A DNA stretch of 62,858 nucleotides, the filler included, from Sphacelaria rigidula (Eukaryota): the NCBI GenBank assembly GCA_964200075.2. It is 7 parts of 7 records of this genome, joined end to end, with 100 filler letters (N's around TTAATTAATTAA, not from the genome) between each part and the next. Parts side by side here need not be neighbours in the genome. Positions count along the whole stretch, not along the records: positions 35,978 to 44,871 come from CAXNAA020009815.1; positions 44,972 to 53,865 come from CAXNAA020009816.1; 5 more parts are not named here. The stretch is one strand, 5' to 3'. A program made the position numbers and the translations under genes. Each line of letters starts with the position of its first letter. Position 1 is the first letter of the stretch. Shown piece after piece: positions 38,056 through 50,975 of this stretch. Below the pieces are notes generated by a model that made no database searches, was not told the DNA's origin, and saw only the letters and a list, made by a program, of their open reading frames with translations.

Positions 38056-40562
38056 GCTTTATCGTTTTTTGCTGGTGATCTCGAGCACAAGAGTAAGAGA
38101 GGAAGGGGTGCGGGAGAGGGTGGAGATACGTTAGGGGTGGAATTTCAGGCGAGTTTGCTGGTCCCCCCCCATCCCCTATGTAGGCCTACATTACTACTAT
38201 TACTATGAGTAGTGTGTGTTTCTACGGCGGTAACGCGCGGGGATGCAGTATGCGGCACTTTCACGAGCAGGATCTGCCTACTGCCAGTAGCGCAGTACAG
38301 GTGATCACAGGCCCCGTCTTGGGGCGGCGGGGGGGGGGGGGGGGGGGGGATTGCGGTACGTATAACGCTCTTGTCATCGAGGCAGACCTCCATAGTGGGT
38401 GTCTCCAAATCTGTGTTTCGACTCCGATATTGGTTCGATAAGTATATTACACGACGCCATACTGCCGGTGATGGGCGCAGAATTACTCACGAATTGCGAC
38501 CACGAGCTGTACTTGAATTCGTTGCACTGATCATGGATAGTATATTTATTGGCTACCTGACCTCGAGAGAGAAATAACGCAGCAGATGTCATGATGTATG
38601 CGACATTCCTATCCGTGTTTTTCAACAAAGATCATTGCCCGTATACACTGTTATTCGGGCCCAAGGACACAGCTAAGTCACCTCTCTGCAGACTCTAACC
38701 CTTGCAGAGTACTTGGATTATCTGTTTCTGTGGTGTCATGAGACGGTAATCGAATGGTGGTAATATCTTGGGGTCATTATTCACGTCCGACAAACAAAGA
38801 CTGGATAATTCAGTCAACCAATCAACATCGGACTATCTACGGGTGGGTGCAATATAAGGGGCATAAATGTGCGACCAAAGGATTGTGATGGACTTGGAAA
38901 AGCCTGGGTAGATGATATACTCGGAATGCTGCTCGAGCCATGCACTAATAATCACATTTTTGTGTTTTTCTATAATTTTACTCTTTACTTCGTATTTTGA
39001 ACGGCAACAGCGACGCCTGTAGGGGTCTGGGATTGGTCAGGAGGAGAGTAACCATTCATTACACATTGCAAGTTGGTGTACACAGCGTATGAATGTGAAC
39101 GGAGAACCCCTGTAGCCGGCAGACCGGTCAGACAACCCTGGCAAGGTTATTACTTGACACTAATCTGATGATGTCTGGATACTTTCAGACGGTAATCTAA
39201 CGGTATTTTTCATCTTTCGAGTTTAAGAGCCGGTGTGTTTTATCGTTGTAGCTGGTCTCGGGGACGGCAGCCACCCACACATATCGGTCCAAACCCGAGG
39301 GGTACATGTCTTGAGTACCCTGACAGGGCCAACTGTTCGTCGGGTATCGTTAATTATGGGTGGCAAGTAGATGCGAAGCTTACGGATTGAAGCTATTTGC
39401 CCATGGCTGATTGCGGTGACTAATGTTTTGGCCACCGGGTGGCAGCATACAGGCCGCAGAGCTGGCTGGCTGCCTTGGAACTCAGGCGCCAATCTACCCC
39501 AAAATCTGACCTCTACCATAACCCCTTGCCCCTAGCTAGCAGTGAATCGCCGTAGAACTCTTGTACACTATACAGTACGATCTTTGAAAAATGTGTTGGA
39601 TCCATGAAAGTGTACAATACCATGGATCCACAACAACAGTGGAGATTGATGTGTATTTTCCACAGCACGCCTCAAAGTATCCACAGACGTAGTATGTACA
39701 TCATGTGGCTGTCTCACATATTTTCGCAGCCTGAAAGTAGGGACAGCAACAGAGTAAGTACAACTCACCTTCGCGAAACACCTTATCTTGGCGCACACAG
39801 AACGGCGCGATCGAACGGTGGACATCATCCATCAAGAGGTGTCTCCTCTCTGGAGGGTTGTTTTATACTTTCTTCTTGTACTGTACTCTATTTCGTTCAA
39901 AAAAAAAATCGTAAATACCACGCGGGTCGGCGCGAACCCTCCGCCAAGCGACGGCCAATGTACGACTATGCACAGCCGAAGACTGCGTGACGAACTACCT
40001 TGCTTGAGAACACTGCACATGTATTTTCCAACGCACACACCTTCTTATCGTGTGATTATACCCCGTTGTCTTGAAGAAGCTGCAGCAAGAGTGATGGCTG
40101 CGAAGATATCTTTGAGCAGTATGATTACTGATTACTGTCCCTCGGCCGCCCAAGTCCGCAGGGTATGCGGGCGTTTACGTGCGGGGCAATTGCTTTCGGT
40201 TGGCGTTGCTTCACGTAAGATGGGCGACGGGTGAGCTGCGCCCCGCACTATATCATAAACTTACATAGCAATTTCGGTAGCCGAGTGGTAAAAGAAAACT
40301 GCTTGGTAATTCTTCGAAGTCTATGCGTCGGATGGCAGAACTCTAGGAAGGAAATCCACGCTCTGTGAGCATTTCTCCCTCCCACAGGAGTGCTTGGGCC
40401 TTCGTCGATGATTCACGGGAACGATAATAGTCACGTGTGACGATAGAGTGCTAGATGAGCTTTTGAGCTCTTTAACTCCTATCGACATCGGTGGCGTCGA
40501 CCACGAGCGACGTGCGTTTCTACGGCACCTACTAATCCAGCACCAGTCCATCCTTGGATATT

Positions 40563-40730
40563 ATGGGTGTTCATGAGGAAGATGCAACTATCGTAGTGGA
40601 TGTGGGTAGCTCCAGTGTAAAGGCCGGCTTCTCGGGAGAGGACACGCCGAGATCGGTGTTTCCATCGGTCGCCGAAGATCTCCCTCTTGGCACCGAAGAA
40701 CTCTCCACTTACCGAGCACGCCGACCGGAG
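40563..40730 (+). CDS. Actin-related protein, exon 1 (MGVHEEDATIVVDVGSSSVKAGFSGEDTPRSVFPSV...)
   Basis: Actin phosphate-1 loop V.D.GS...KAGF.G.D.PR.VFPS; GAG|gtaggt donor. Confidence 0.88.
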
Positions 40731-42118
40731 GTAGGTACGTGGTCATTGCCTGCGGGCTGCTTCAACGCATGTTGCTGTCATTTTGGAGAAAGAATGCTTG
40801 TAATGTCAAAGTAAAAGGCTGTGCGAGTAGGCCTGCCTTCCTCGCCGTTGCTGACCTGCAGCAATATGACTTCATCCGCTCTGGTACTCCGCATATCCTT
40901 CTCGATATGCAGTATCCGAAACGTGAAACGCGTCACCATGTGCACTGTAGTTTGAGGAGAGACAGCCACCTCAAGTTTTTTATTCGGACTTGCACTCTCA
41001 AATATCCCACGGTTCCAGCAGAGGGCGGCATTGCTCCTCACCAGTTGGTAATCCACGCACAAGGTAGCACGCGACCTCCACGGCGTAGCAGCACTGGTCC
41101 TTCACGGTGTGTCACGTGCACGCCTCGTCGGTGTTGCGGTACTTCAGTACTGTTTTCGAAATCAGGTCGAACGTAAATTAAAACGAGGTTCAACTCTAAA
41201 ACAGTGATTTCACGTCGCGACAAATGACCTTCATATGGAGGACCTCATTTCTGGGGTTTTCCCGTCTTCCGCTCCCCCAAGGTGTACGTGCGGAAGCACA
41301 TTTTTGCTTCGATTTATTCACGATTTCGCCTATCAGACCCAAAATGATGCTTTAGCACATCACCCTTTGTGGGAACGAACAGCCGATAAAAAAATTGAGG
41401 ATGGAGCTTTCTATCAAGGACGAGGAAGCCCCGGAACGGTGCGTGGAAAGTGCCCATATATCTGTCTTCCCAAAATATTTCGGTAGTTGCGAAGGGCATC
41501 GCAACAATTTGGAAGCGACCTCGACCAAGTTAGTAGTGCACTGGGGGGAACGCGGCGAAGGTTTATCGTGAAGACGATTCCAACCAAATTTGATTGCGCA
41601 CCGGGGGGAGCCGGCGACGGTTTATCATGATCTTCTATCCATACGAAACATCCTCTCCCCCTTACGTGGATTGCTAGTGAGCAAAATGGGTTTGTGTTAT
41701 TGCTCGTGAGCAAAACTACGATCGCCATGATGTGGCCTGTGTTTCGGTACACGCCATGCTCTCTACCTTGGGTTGTCTGTGCGGCCCGGTACACCACGCG
41801 GCAGCTCTTTCTCTCTACAATTTGTCGGACGTGCATTTATATATGGATGAAAAGCAGGCGAGGATAGGCTTTCGAGCTTTGATATTCGGAATAATCAACA
41901 CAGAGCACGTTTCAAATTGAGCTGGTAGTGGGAGGTCACGCAGACAAAGGAAGATCGGCCACGCGACGAGTACTGAAAGAAAAGACAAGAACATATTACT
42001 GCGCTGCACCGTACTGTGCTGTACTTTGCGCTGGTTGCGCTGACCCCGACTAAATTTGTGACCCTGGTGACCACGGTCGAGGTTGTTATGCGTGCGGAAC
42101 AGATCAGCCGCAAGTTTC

Positions 42119-43576
42119 TTTGCCATTGTCCCAGCGAAAAACGTATACCCCCCCGTGTGTGGCGTGAAATAATAACGAGGTAGGATAACCGGAGTTATGC
42201 TACTTTGTATTCATGGTTGACACATTTTCAACTGTCGCTCACCCTAACCCTACCTCCAACCCAAGACATGCCGAGAATCCTCTAGCAAGGGAAGTGCACA
42301 GGATCCCCTTGGCAAAGTGTGGGGTTGGTAGACCTCAAATCGGCGCCTGTGGCGCCGTTTTGGACGCCGATTCGGACGAAAACGCATTCTGCGCATCCTG
42401 CGCACGCTAAGGACTCACTGGACCATCAGGCCCCACCAGGGATTCGATTCTCGTCGTAGACACTCAAATCAAGTGATATCAACTATGTGTAGATTGTAGC
42501 TCCAGCGAACTCCACCGGTACAAGTACCGTCTGTTTCGAATTCTTGTGGTTGAAACGGATGGCTTAAATGGTTATGTCATCCATATCTGGTGGCTTGGGA
42601 TTGTTATTTGTACAAATGTGGAACAGGGCCTGACTTTGAATTTCAAACAAACAAAAGCGCCTCCTTAACCTTGCAGTTCAATTTTGACTCAATGCAAACG
42701 TGACAGCGTTTTCAACAGCCGGTTTCAACTCAAAACAGTAAGACCAGTTGTGATTAGTGGCGACTTGGATTTGAACAAATTACAAAGAGAGGCCGAATTT
42801 AATTTCGAGTTCTTCGCGAACCATGGGATCAAAACAAACATGAAATGTGGTAGTAAAGACGGGTCGCATCGACGTCTTTCGAGTTCTGCGTCCACCCCAG
42901 GATGACGGAAAATGATATCTTGCGCCGGTTTTTTCAAATCGAAAGCCCACTTTCCGTTCTTCGCCACATTGTTGTTCTGGGACTGGTCCCTCCAATCTGC
43001 GCGGGATATCCTAGGGGTCTGGATGTACCACATTCGAAGTGAGCTTCAACCCTACCGTCAGGACGGTGTAGAACCGCAAAAAGTGCCGGTGAGGCCGCCG
43101 CAAAATGCGAGCCATGCCTCTCGACTCACCTTCAAACGACTGTAAACCACCTACTGTTTTTGCAGAGTACAGCCTCTACTTGTACCGTTGGAGTCAATGG
43201 GAGCTACAATCTACACCTTGTTGATGTCACTTGATTTTAGTGTCTAGGACAGGAATTGAATCTTCAGTGGGGCTTGACAGTCAGCTGTACTCCTAGCGTG
43301 CGCAGAACGCGTTTTCGTCCAAATCCTGAATCGGCGCCACAGGCGCCGATTTGAGGTCTACCAATGCCACACTTTGCCGAGGGAACCCTGAACCCTGTGC
43401 ACCTCCCTTACGCAAGGGTTCTCGGTGTGCATTGGGTTCGAGTTAGGTTCAGGGTGAGCGACAGTCGCAAAATATGCCAACCATGAATAGAATGTAGCTC
43501 AACTCCGGTTACCGCACCTCCTTATCATTCCACCCCACACGGGGGGGTATACATTTTTCGCCCGGACAACGGCAAA
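42119..43576. mobile_element. ~1.46-kb non-autonomous element with ~410-bp TIRs
   Basis: 42119-42535 is the reverse complement of ~43165-43576 (e.g. ggtagacctcaaatcggcgcctgtggcgccg). No transposase ORF and no clear TSD. Confidence 0.85.
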
Positions 43577-44059
43577 CGTCAAATCGAACGTCAAATCAAA
43601 CAATGCTGCTTTTCTTGCTAGTCACATCCTGACGCTTTTAACGACGAAAATCGGATCTTTCGCAGAAACAAAATCCAAGTCAAGCACATCCGGCGGAAAC
43701 CGAACCCACATTTTTCTCGGCCTGATACAGCGTCAGTTGTACTGTATTGTACCGGTATGTAAAAAATCTTTGCGGAACGTATCTTGTGCGCGCACGAAGG
43801 AAGGCATTGACATTTTCTTGTGTGCAATCCTTCGGTATTGCTCTGGCTCTGTTATCAATATACGACTGAAATGTGGCACAAGTCCCACTGTATTTCGTGG
43901 CTGCTAGTGATTGATCTTTCGAGCAAAGTAGCCCTTTATCAAAGGGCTGTCGTGGCTGGGTGGCTGTTGAGTTGTCACCGCCGGCGTAGGCTTCGAAGGT
44001 GGACAAGCCGCTGGTGAGCGTTCAGCATCATCGTGGCTGTCGACACAACTAAGTTATCT

Positions 44060-44126
<67 letters not shown>

Positions 44127-44240
44127 CGTCGTCGTCGTCGTCGTCGTTGTTGTCTTCATATAAAAAACCGTTCCGATATCTGCGTAGTACTCCGCCCTGG
44201 GCATCTGATGCAAATCCCTCCCATGGTCACAAGCTAACTC
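44060..44240 (-). mobile_element. Long (TTG)n/(TCG)n microsatellite attached to a retroposon-like 3' end
   Basis: Same junction as 13114-13240. Confidence 0.7.
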
Positions 44241-44871
44241 GGCGGAACTACCCGAAGAAAAGATATGATGAAGTGGTACTCTCTACGATAGCCTCCCCCC
44301 CAAAAAAACGTGGCTGGTTTGGGGAGGCAAAATTTACACGTGAGTCGAAGTGAAAAAGGCCGAGCACAACGAGCCGTTGGGAATTTCCACGCTTGGGGGG
44401 ATTTTCGCCAATGTCGCTTGCCCATCTCAGGCGCTGTATAGGTCTATTACAACCATTGACCATAATATTGTCATTGTTCAGGGTGTGGTAACTTATAACG
44501 GCACCACTGCACACGGCATGCACAATAGTGTTCCACGCGCACAGTACTCTACCAAATCCCGTGGCGAGTTCGTCAAGCGCATGCTCGAAACTCTGGATGC
44601 TCGATAGTTTGTTCATGGGTGCGGTTGAATTAACGCTCTATGCTCATCGTTTGTATGAAATTCTTCAAGAATACGTGGTGGTGTTTTTCGTTCAATGTGT
44701 GTTGTTTTTCTTTGGCTTCTTTTTCAGGCAATGTGTATATATATGTGTGTGTGTACATATTTAAATCTTGGACAGGTACTATCTCTGTAGTCAAAAATAA
44801 AAATATGATTATGTGTAAGGAAGGCGTATCGCTAGAGTAGTCAGAGACCTACGGGGGGAGACTGCCGTCCT

Positions 44872-44971
44872 NNNNNNNNNNNNNNNNNNNNNNNNNNNNN
44901 NNNNNNNNNNNNNNNTTAATTAATTAANNNNNNNNNNNNNNNNNNNNNNNNNNNNNNNNNNNNNNNNNNNN
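44872..44971. other. Artificial contig-joining spacer
   Basis: N44-TTAATTAATTAA-N44. Confidence 0.98.
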
Positions 44972-45217
44972 CCGACTCAACATTAGACTAACCGCGCGGT
45001 TCAAGGGTTAGCCCTTAGACCGCGAGATTAGTCCATCTGGGTCATGCATACTTTTTTTCACTTGAATTTTTGATGCCGATTCAACGGAAGACTAACCTCG
45101 CGGTCTAAGGGTTAACCCTTAGACCGCGAGATTAGTCTTTCAGAATCATGCATACTTTTCTTCACTTGAAATTGATGCCGATTCAACAGAAGACTAACCT
45201 TGCGGTCTAAGGGTTAA
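44972..45217. mobile_element. Tandem array of ~100-bp piggyBac-like mini-elements
   Basis: Units 45012-45111 and 45116-45213 plus a partial unit. TIR CCCTTAGACCGCGAGATTAGTC; junctions TTAG, TTAA and TTAA. Confidence 0.8.
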
Positions 45218-47797
45218 ACAATCTCCAGCTTCGAGGAATTGAAAGCCTTATAATTTTATGCCGGAAGTTTTGTATCTACACAATATCTAGACTATAGCGT
45301 CGAGTGTGCATATTATCTGGGGCAGCGGCCGGAGGTATAGGCAGGAAGGCCACTGGACACCGTTATCATACGATCCAACCCGTCACCCGTCACATAATAA
45401 TGCCAACCGCCCGTATTGCGCAACGAGCTCCTCGAAAATTCGAAAAAGTAATTTAGTTTTTTAGTTTCGTCGAAAAACCGACCGAAACCGACCGACTTTT
45501 TCGAAAAAACCCGAAAAACCGACCGAGCCATATTCAGCTTCGGTTCACAACACTGGGTACATGGTCACTCGTGTACGGTACAAACAGCCTGTACTACTGT
45601 CTGCACTGCTTGCAAGCAGTCTCTTGAGTGCGTGTGTGCATGTTTCGTACAAGAGGATATAAAAGAGAAGCGGACAACTTGCAGAGCAGACAAGCCAGGA
45701 CTATCAGTCCTCTCTGCTTACTATGCGACGTGGAAAGGAGCTCAACAACGTGCAGCTTCGTACTGCCTGCACTGTCTATGAGCGTGCACGCAACTCGGTT
45801 ACCCACCGCACCACGCACTTCAGTCGTTGGTCCCGACCATGAAGGAAGATGCGCAAGTTCTCGCCAACGCAAGAAAAGCAAAGCATATCCGACTACAGCA
45901 GCGTATCCATCTCTGGGTTCAACACGTGCTCTATGCTGCAGGGTTGCGGTGGTAGCTGAGAATGAGTTGGATGGAGTTTGCATGGTCCTGTGAACATGTG
46001 TTATCTGGCGTGGTGGTCTGTAAGATAGGCGTCAAGTGCCGCATCGAGCCTTTCGATCGCATGTTTCCGATCGAAAATGAGAATTTGTGTTGAATATTTT
46101 TTCTCCGCACGATATTACTCATAATTTTGAGTTGAAGCCTTCTAGGAACATAAAAGCGCTAGACCTATCAGATCGACGAAAAAAATCGACCGCACTTTTT
46201 CCATCGAAAAAACAGTGCCAAGACACGCCCTAAGAAGCAGCCGTGGTGAAAAAAAAAAGGTTGAAATCGTAACCGAAATCGAAATCGAGTTTCAAGTTCA
46301 AACGCTGACCAAGAGAGGTGCACTGTTATCCAGACGGTGCTCGATAACCCTCGAGATACAGTAGCTCTTGCTCAAGCACGCAACATGTGATTGTTCTGGC
46401 TGCGATCTGCCCCAAAAATACGTTGCAGTGACTTGTCTTCGTGAAATCGCACGGCAAAAAAATTCATGTGTGTTCACACTTCCTGTTGATGATGCTCGCT
46501 AACATCGAACCAAAAGCACTCGTTTAAGAGATGTTGTATTGCGGCGGGGTCAGGCTGTTTGTGGGTGTGTACCCTTTCTACTGCAGGTGTCCGCACGTGA
46601 TGCTGTATTCACTAGAATGTGAGGAACACGGTTGCATGCCTCCGTTGCATCTCGGGACCTTCTGACAGCCTAAGCGACCATGGAAGCTCACCAACACGCC
46701 ACATTTCGATAAAATGCGCCTTTCCTTTTGATTCGAGCTTATCTTGTTTTTTGACGGGGTCCCGGCGTCCAGGGATTACGGGAAACCGAAAGCCGTTCTG
46801 TGGCCGTTCAGAGCTGCAGCCCGATCACAGTACATAATGTTCTCGATTTTTCGATTTTCGATGTGTTTTTTTTAAATTAAAAGACACGCCCTTGAATGAA
46901 CTTCTGTGGCAACAAATCTCAAATATCCAATCCGCAGAGGGCCCAATCTGTGCAAATCGGGGTGACGAAGATGAATCTAAGATTCAGATTTAATATTCCA
47001 AGAGTCGGAATTATCATCGCTCGTTCGATTCACCGAATGTACGATTTTTGAGGCCTAATTGCCCGAAAGAGGGAAAATTGTCCACCGCGAGTCGAAAAAG
47101 TCTCGGCACAAACTTTGCTGCGCTATTCCACGTGCCTGGGGTGCAACACTGAAAACAAAGCCCAAGGATGGATTCGTGCGGTGCGTACCAACTACACTTT
47201 AAAGAAAGTAACTTCAAGAAGGATCATTATTCGTCCGAACTTGCAAGATCACAACTTGCGAAAGTCAGATTTGCAGGGGCCCCACTACTGACCAGCCGCA
47301 CGTGTTTTGGCATCATCCATTATCCCAGGGTGCACATTTCGAAGGCGCACATACACAGGTGCACATTCATTTTTCGCCCCACTATGGTCCCTGACATTTG
47401 TTGAAACCGTTCTGTAAACGGAGGGTCATTTTCTGAAGAGGTGGAGTGTAGCTTACTGGTGGGCCGAGGAACAGCCAGGCGGGGAATCATTCTTCGGTGC
47501 TGTGCCCCCTAGCGTAGTACACGGTAGAACAAGGTGAAGTAATATAGTGCAGTATTGCAAGAACAGTGTGTGACTTCAGTACAAGCGCAACGGCGTGTAC
47601 ATCACCTTGCAACTACAACTACAACAGAGTACGATGTTAACGGGCCGTTTGTTACCGATCGTTTCCGTGGTGACTCGATATTACATATGCATGTTACCAT
47701 GTGTGCTAACATCACCGCGGCGCACGGCGGCACTTTTTTCGCCCGTTCTCAATCGATCCCAGTTACCGTCACCACAGGGTACGGCAACAGCCCTCTT

Positions 47798-48177
47798 AGA
47801 CCCACTTTTATGGCAACGAATCTCGATTTGTGCAAATATGAGGATTTCAGCCCGTCTACAGGCGATTTTCTCCCGTGGATTATTTTTTCGGACCCCAGTC
47901 CGGTGGGCGACGTTTTTCGGCTAGCTGCGAGCAAACCAATCCACGGGAAAAAATAGGGGGAGATGCGGGAGTGTTCCGATTTGGGCAGAAATGTGATGAA
48001 CCAAGAGTCAACGTCCAGAGAATCGGAGAATTGATCCGGTTTGCTCACAGCTAGGCGAAAAACATTGCCCACCGAACTGGGGTCCGAAAAAATAATCCAC
48101 GGTAGAAAATCGCCTGTAGACGGGCTGAAATCCTCATACCTGTACAAATCGAGATTCGTTGCCATAAAAGTGGGTCT
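47798..48177. mobile_element. Foldback MITE with ~140-bp highly similar arms
   Basis: AGACCCACTTTTATGGCAACGAATCTCGATTTGT...ACAAATCGAGATTCGTTGCCATAAAAGTGGGTCT. Confidence 0.9.
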
Positions 48178-48770
48178 TCATCACTGTCTGTGCAAAAAAG
48201 CTACTCCCAGCAGATGACGCAGGTAGGCACGGTCTGCGCTGTCACGACACTGTCTGCTGCCGCGACTTCAAAAAATCAAACGCCTCTTGCCTCATCACGG
48301 TTCCATCACGGCCCGTCACTGACGGCACCTTCATCAATTTTATACAGATTGGGGTGACTTCAAGTTTCCCCCAATCTGCGCGCAGATCACGGGATATACG
48401 CGTGGAGATCGAGAAATCTCGATATACTCCGTGCGAGTATATGAACCGGCTTCGGGGAAGAGATGAGTTGATCCCTCAAAACCACGGACTCGTCTTGAGG
48501 AGAGGAGGAGTTAGATTCGAGGGGAAAAAAGAGTCGAGCAAATACGAGTATCACCGGGCCCAATCTGCACACATATCCATCTTGTCTTTCATTTATCCAA
48601 TAAATAACATTGACCAACCAACCAGCATTATAAAATATTATCACAACATGTATCTGGACCGTGAAATTGCTACTCCTCTCACCGTTCAATTTCCAGCGTC
48701 GCTTCGGAACAGTTTAACCTACTGATGATAAGGAGGGTTGGCGAATCTCGGGGGGCAGGGGGGGGGGGGG

Positions 48771-49548
48771 GGCGTACTCATTTGTTGCTTGCCTTCGTCG
48801 TGTGACCATTAACCACGCATCCCTTTCGAGACGGAGCACCGTTCTTACTCCCAATAGGAACACCTCCAACACATGGACGCTCATTACGTTTCTTCCACAT
48901 GTCACACAAAAACCTTCCCAGTATCTCATCCCTGTTCTATTTCGCCTTCTGTGGCCACCATCTATCTCCTAGTATAGCCAGGATTTCCTCCTTACTGTCT
49001 AATGCATCAAACGTTTCCATGCAATCTTCGTTCACGTCCCGCACATCCCCCTCTAGCACGTCCCATTTCTCCTTGTATAGTTCACATTGTGCCACTATAT
49101 GACGTCTGTTCTCTATTGCTTCGCCGCAGGGGCAATTCTGTGCATCAACTTCCTCCTCCTCTCGACGACTGGTACATCTCTTTCTTCTCTCTGGTAGGTC
49201 CAGGTCCCCCACCCGAAATCGCAATTTCATATTTTCGCAGCGTCCATTGGGCCATGCAGGTATGCTTTATCTCTATCCTCTCTTTCAACCCTCCGTATAC
49301 CTCCAGGTCTTCTTCCTCGTCTACTTCGCGTCTGGGTGCTCCTTTTTCGCTTAGTTCCGTCATGCCTCTGACTTTTGACTGGTACCCCGCGCCTTCATCT
49401 ATGGGCAGTATTTCGTCATGGTTTCCTCCCATCTCCTTCCATACTTTCTCGACTTCTTCATCTCACCTTACTCCAACCGGCTTTTTCGTACTTTTCTTAT
49501 ATATGGCCTCATCAACTATGGTTAGCAATCTCTTCCTCTGCATGTTCA
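48771..49548 (-). mobile_element. Decayed LINE 3' portion (C-terminal CPC...H...C zinc-knuckle region)
   Basis: Frameshifted peptides EEEDLEVYGGLKERIE and KLRFRVGDLDLPERRKR...CPCGEAIENRRHIVAQCELY...ILGDRWWP. A second 3' fragment lies at 56703-56886. Confidence 0.75.
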
Positions 49549-49552
49549 TTAA

Positions 49553-49716
49553 CCCTTTTGGGACCGGATTCCCGCTATAATAGTGAGGGATGGACTCCTG
49601 GTTTGAACGCATAAGCCATCTGTGAATCGGCATCTTTTTCACTCGTTTTAAAGTGAAAATGATGTCGATCTACAAAACGCCCTCACCACTGGTTAGTCCA
49701 CCCCGGTCCTGAAACG
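49553..49716. mobile_element. Degenerate piggyBac-like MITE
   Basis: TTAA|CCCTTTTGGGACCGG...CCGGTCCTGAAACG|TTCA; the left end resembles the element at 10488. Confidence 0.5.
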
Positions 49717-50675
49717 TTCAAGCTTTATTGCCATCGCTCGAGGTCGAAGGGTTGACGCTGATCTTGACCCCAACCCCAACCAAAGGCAGAGTGAGATTCA
49801 CGCCTGGTCGCTAATTTGGGCCGATTCACGCTATCGTAGACGAGCACTTAGGACTGTGAACTCGCGAGAGAAGCGAATGATGGGATACGCTCAAAGCAAG
49901 CGACCGTCAGATTTAGGCACTCAAATCGCGTGAACTCCAAAGGTCAACGAGACACCAGGATAGCGTCAAGTGTTGGAGATCATAAGATGGATTGGCTGTT
50001 TCAATCTTTGTATCATAGTCTCGTACAAGCCATTATCCTGTAAAAATACGATTACGGTACAAATAGGAGAGCCAATGTTGTACAAATGCTCCTGCATTGA
50101 AGATTCAAGATTCAAAAGTGTCTACAGTCGAGGGTTCAGAATGGGCGCATGCTTTGGTACTGTTTTTTGGGTGGCATGGTGACAGCACCCATGAAAAATG
50201 CCACAGACGGGAAGTAGAAAATAAATAAATACAGATGCAACATTCTGAGTCAACTATAAGAGTGTATCAGATGCTCAGCGGAGATTCTCCTGAAGCGCGT
50301 TTGATGTTGCGTGAATGTTCTCCTCCGATCTATCTTCATCGTCACCAACAAAAAGGATCCAGGAGGTACAGAACAGCAACGCAATTCCTCTCACCTCTGG
50401 AATCATCCCATCGCCCATCTAGTACATTAAAAGGTAAACTATGAAGTATAATACGCTTTCGACTGTATCTCCGTTTCGCGGGTCAAACCATACGTCAGCA
50501 TTTGCAAGTTTGGGGTTGATACATGTTGAACAATCTTTATTCACTGTATGCAGTGGCAACGTTGATATTTTTTGTGCAGGTGGGAGGAAAACATGTGGTC
50601 GCTAAATTCATTGACTGGCCGCTAAAGGAAAAGGTCCGCCCACATGTGCTGTTTGTAGGTTGGTCTTTTCTGTCA

Positions 50676-50741
50676 TCAGGAGGCGACATCGCTACCGCAG
50701 CCAGGCACTTCTGCTGCGTCGTCATCGATCGCTGGATTTGA
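50676..50741 (-). CDS. Probable terminal exon (SNPAIDDDAAEVPGCGSDVAS*) of the unknown gene at 50976-52359
   Basis: ctacag acceptor; phase 0 matches the upstream donor. Confidence 0.45.
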   Translation of the reverse strand, partial: SNPAIDDDAAEVPGCGSDVAS

Positions 50742-50975
50742 CTGTAGCGCACTGCAGACAAGTCATGACTCGATGAACTGAACTGTAGCTGTTGGTGTTC
50801 TGGACTCAGGCAGGCGTCAATCATCCTCTAGACAAGAAGCTGCAGTACAGCAACCAGGGCATTTACGGACCGTTACAATTGTCACTATCGTTAGCACTGC
50901 TCTTCAGACAGCGTACCGCACAGACCGTGTACACTCAGCCAGGATAGGATGCGGATGCCTTAGAAATCCTCTCAC

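Noticed and set aside
44033-44353. Poly-Leu signal/TM ORF (also poly-L/C at 9694-9731 and 13114-13148)
   Set aside because: These are translations of (TTG)n microsatellites.
44972-45217. CRISPR-like palindromic repeat array
   Set aside because: The intervening sequences are near-identical rather than unique spacers, there are no cas genes, and the context is eukaryotic.
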